From: Marsupella aquatica
Lineage: Eukaryota; Plantae; Marchantiophyta
Reading direction: 5' to 3'
Length of the DNA: 64,000 nt
Assembly (NCBI GenBank): GCA_973895155.1
Contig: OZ316892.1
Location: 19,321,457 to 19,385,456 of the forward strand
In this document: piece after piece, positions 60,138 through 64,000 of the stretch
Layout of the letters: each line of letters begins with the position of its first letter
Position numbering within the stretch: position 1 is the stretch's first letter
Notes under the pieces: generated by a model
Seen by the model: only the letters and a program-made list of their open reading frames with translations
Told to the model about the DNA's origin: nothing
Database searches by the model: none
Program-made: the position numbers and the translations under genes

Positions 60138-62671
60138 TATGTCATTTCGGGCCCTCCACTCATCGAGTTTCTCCTTGAAACCTGCCTTGCCTTCCTTCAT
60201 TCGGTCAAATTCCAATGGTGTCACGTCCGGTGGCAGAGACTCCAGGGTTTTTTGATCCTCCAGCTTGCCATAAAAGACTGAGGGAAGTCTTCTACAAAAC
60301 CTTCCCAACGTTCTCACTCCTGGCACCGGTCTCTCCCCATGATTGACATAATCATTGTCGTAGTCATCCACATTAACCTGACTACCGAGCATGCTAGCCT
60401 CTTCTGCAAAGCCCCCAATCTCCTCCACTGAGTATTGTTGGGCTGCCACTGGTTGATTTACCTCCACCAGTTCCTCCACTCGGGCCCGGCTAGAAGCTCT
60501 AAGGACTGGCCTCTCTTTACTACGGCCTCGGCTTCCGTCTTTTGACTCTGAATCCACTTGCTCATCTCATTTCTTTCTTTTTTTGGCAGTCATTTTCCTC
60601 TCTACTAGTTGAATACCTGCATATGGGTTATTACGAGTAGGCCGTCGCAACGGATTTCTCACCACATCATATGTTACCACCTCTGGTTCCTTGAGAGGGG
60701 AATTCTCCCATCCCTGGACTGCCTATATTGCCGGCCTCTTCTCTTGTCGTCGCTTGTTCAAGGGCAGCTCGTCCTCCTCCTCCACTCGTGCTGTAATCGG
60801 CATCCTCTCCTGTAGTGGTAACACTGGTGCAAAAGACTGGTTTCTTGCATATCGGCAAAGTAATTGCAGATGGTACCCTAGTTTGGATACCGCTCCTTCC
60901 CCAATACTCTACTTCTCTTCATTCAATGCCTTCTTTAACTACATTAAAAGATAGCCAATGTAGTCTCGGCTTGAATCGATATTCTCCACCAAAAATACCT
61001 GGGCCTTGCCGATCTCTGCTCTCGGCAATGTATAGTGTAGCGTGACTTGTAAGAAATCAATCAACTGCCCCACATGTGGATTAGTGCATTGATTTCTAAA
61101 GAACCCATTCTTAGTAGAGGGCCTTGGAAATGATCGGAATTGATTATCTGGCAATGTCTTTCATTGCTCCACCTTAGTTTTATTCCCCTATGGAAGAGCA
61201 AAGACGGCTTCAATTAGTGTTGGCGTTAATTCCACCACCTTTCCATACATCAGTGTTGTGTTAGAAGAAGCCTCCCAGCATCCTATGAAGTCTAACAAAT
61301 CTTTGTCTGGTATGTCAATTAATCACCATGGTAACCGAATGAATCCCTCTAAGCCGGTGTCGTTCATGTATCCAAAATACTTGTTATCCTGGATAGCACA
61401 GAAGGCCTCATCTTCTTCTCATGCAAACTGTAGTTGTAAGTCGGCAGGTAGCTTATCCACCCAACCCGTCATAAACTTATCCTCCACTGCCCTATCATGA
61501 ACTGGCACGGCTTCAGCCTTGGCCTGCCTCTCCGATCGATTCCGCTTAGCTAGTGTTGCAGACGCCGAACTACCTTTACGCTTCATCTCTTCAGTTCCTG
61601 AGAACTCTCCAAGAATGGCTTCCTTGGACCAAGCCAAAGTGTGATCCTTCAACTCCCACACCGGCTGCCCAGCGTTCTTAATTGCCTCCCAAATTCCAAC
61701 GACTCGATTCTCTCTGATCAGCAACTCATCAAGCTCGGCACTGGTGGGAATCCATACGAATTTCTCAAGTACCTCCTCCGTTCCCACAAACGCCATCTTA
61801 TGAATTCCCCATAACCGAGCGAGCTCCGCCCGTTCCCTTGCTGCTCATTCTGGCTTGACGTCTTCGTAAGTTGGTATGAGCTACCGTGCTTCTTCAAGCA
61901 AACAGCCCCATAACTTGGCCGCCTGATTCACCGTGGTCATTCCACCAAAAGAAAAAGGAGCTTGAACAATTCCCTAACCACCTCCCTTGATCAATCGGCA
62001 GCTGCTTCCGCGGTCCTAGGTTGATCGAATAAGCAAATGAGCAAGTGTATAGAATGTCGGTCCCCTCCCTGCGAAGCCGCTTCCCTATGGCTTGCCTGAT
62101 TAAGTCTGGATTAGGTCATAACCCTAATCCTACTCAATTGTGACCGTTGGATCTTACCTGATCGCAATCCTCCTCATAACACATTGCAATCGGCTTTGGT
62201 CTTTATTCCTACCTTATACGATTTAGCCATTATTTTTATTTAGCCATTATTTTAGGCTTTTACCTAAGTACTTTGTGATCCTGGCAAGGCATCACAAGAA
62301 TTCGTGCGGAGGCTTCCCAAGAGGCTGCCAACATCATAGTGAATGCAAGTACACAAGCTACTAGCATCCTATAGTCTACACAATTACAATGTGACAAATT
62401 GACACAAAGAAGACAAACTCTCCGCAATCGCATAGGGCGTCAAGAAGCACGTCTTCGGTCCTTAGATGGGCAACTTCTTGGTGAGAGCATGCATGGCCAA
62501 ACTTCAGAGCTGCAGCAAGAGAGTTCAGCTTCGAGGCAAGCAAACTGTCAATCCTCTGCTTAATTTAGAGCACGAGATGCTCAAAGAAAGTGAGCAGCAT
62601 ACTGGAAGAAAAAGGGTAATACACGCACAGAGGCTTGGTAATGTGGGTCTGCTGGTGATTTAGAAGACGAA

Positions 62672-63732
62672 TTGAATTCCAATAGGAGAACACAAAGTGT
62701 TCAGTCTCAGGTGTCTGTGGCGGTGATATCCATCCTGAGTAGATTGGACAAATTTAATTTGTCTACAAGGAAGCTATTTTTCACTAAGTTTATGCTCCAT
62801 CCTTCCTTGAAGAAGTACCTCCCTGTAGTTTTTGGGACTCGTCGGAGAGATGTAGCGATACTTGCTGCAGTTGCTGACCTAAAGAATTGCTTGCAAAAAG
62901 TGAAGACTGCAAAGCGGAAAGACCATCTAGGTGCAAAGCAGTCTATCTTGATAGTTGCATTGGCAGGCCAGGCCACAGTAGTGAATAGGTATCAGACTTC
63001 AGTGGCTGGGGCTTTGGGTATCAAACGACAAATCATATATAAAGCTTCAAGAAGGAGGAAGTCCATAGATTCCGATTGTTTGATAAGGTTTCCAATGGGG
63101 GAAAGGAAAGTGAGAAGCGACAAAATTTCAGCTGAAGTCCGAAGAATTGTGGAAAAGTTTTGGGAATCAAATACTCGAATCTCTCCTTGTGCCAAGGACA
63201 AGGCTAGACTAAGATTGAGTATAAATGTGTACGAGGAGCATCGGGTGCATTGGCTGGAGGATACCCAGGTTAGATTTTGTTAATTTGTCATTATCAATGA
63301 CATTCAAATAGGGCTTACAATAGGGTACAGGAGCTTTCATGTTCATCAGTAAGTGATTTGAACTCTACTGCATCTTTGTTTACAATGATTGAATATGTTT
63401 TGAAGCAAGGCTTGCATCTTTTTCAGGTGGAGTTTTTTCTAAAAGTCCAGGAGTTTTGTAGCAGAGACGATAATGGAGTTAATATAGGCTTCAGGTCTTT
63501 TAAGTATATGAAGCCTTACTACATTCGTCCTATAAAAGACATAAACATTTGTTGTTGTAAGCAACATGTGAAATGGACCTCTTGAAGGAGGCAATCAACA
63601 AATTCAGGAAGCATGAACACAGTAAGCATTGCTCTTGTGATTGCCCCATTTGCACATCAGTTGATGCTCCTTTGCAAAGTTATGTAGCTTCTAGAACAAC
63701 AATAACATCTGTACGGGGCTGGATAGAGGGAG
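62672..63732 (+). mobile_element. Sola2-like DNA transposase, N-terminal fragment with one intron (63269-63426)
   Basis: RKVRSDKISAEVRRIVEKFW...RISPCAKD...IGFRSFKYMKPYY...CCCKQH resembles the N-terminal pattern I recall for Sola2 transposases. GT..AG splicing joins DTQ|VEFF in frame. Catalytic domain not in the window. Confidence 0.6.
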
Positions 63733-64000
63733 TGTCACGTCATCGGCTGCGGCCTTAACTCAGACTTCAGCTTAGACGGGCACATCCCTCGTAAATCTAA
63801 GGGTTCGGGCAGGAAAGGAAGCACGTAATGCACCTTATTCTCGTAAACTAGCGCTAAGTGCGCATACTGCTAAATACGGACACCTCCTAGGTATGGTTTG
63901 TGTTCCGCTGCCGGAACGTACCTTAGTCGATAGCAGGATCGACCCCGGCTTAAGGGCTTCTAAGCCTTCGTGCTGTCCGCCTTCGATCCGGATTCGATGA
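63733..64000. mobile_element. Probable start of another LTR interrupting the transposase
   Basis: Abrupt switch to GC-richer non-coding sequence beginning TGTCACG. Confidence 0.35.

Larger units (their letters stand above)
53567..62180 (-). pseudogene. Diverged, decayed homologue of the LTR-encoded protein (split by solo LTR 2 and MITE 2)
   Basis: Fragments FVWIPTSAELDELL, FRSFPRPSTKNGFFRNQCTNPH, PVPGVRTLGRF and LPGGDWPEEIKWL are collinear with the 43496-47119 protein. C-terminal part at 53567-54047. Confidence 0.88.
52674..62296 (-). mobile_element. Giant 5' LTR, copy 3 (older, diverged subfamily; about 4.95 kb without the nested solo LTR, about 4.6 kb without the MITE as well)
   Basis: Termini TGTGGTG...GGCATCACA as in copies 1 and 2; directly followed on the minus strand by PBS and gag; carries a decayed homologue of the LTR ORF. 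Confidence 0.88.

Noticed and set aside
38187-62296. A single intact gypsy element with paired LTRs
   Set aside because: Flanks ACCAC and AGAAT do not form a TSD, LTR homology covers only about 160 bp, and pol is absent.

Overview
Eukaryotic, almost certainly land-plant DNA. A non-seed plant is my inference from the TE families. The window is nearly all nested transposable elements and pseudogenes, with no RNA genes or CRISPR arrays. 1-15.5 kb: decayed host-like sequence, including an F-box/kelch pseudogene, two paralogous acidic SIM-like motif remnants and short tandem repeats. 15.5-32 kb: a stack of four nested Ty1/copia elements; one has both 240-bp LTRs, PBS and PPT. 32-38 kb: a decayed multi-exon Pro-rich gene built from duplicated exon-intron units. 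38-62.3 kb: a nest of Ty3/gypsy material. The main observation is three giant LTRs of about 4.7-4.9 kb (TGTG...CACA), each carrying a large protein-coding ORF inside the LTR. Two are solo LTRs with 5-bp TSDs (42575-47234, ORF intact, 1207 aa; 54048-58712, ORF disrupted). The third, more diverged copy (52674-62296) abuts a tRNA-Asn-type PBS and a gag gene, which identifies these units as LTRs. Two MITEs with 4-bp TSDs and a Sola2-like transposase fragment are also present. All calls come from reading the sequence by eye; no searches were run.
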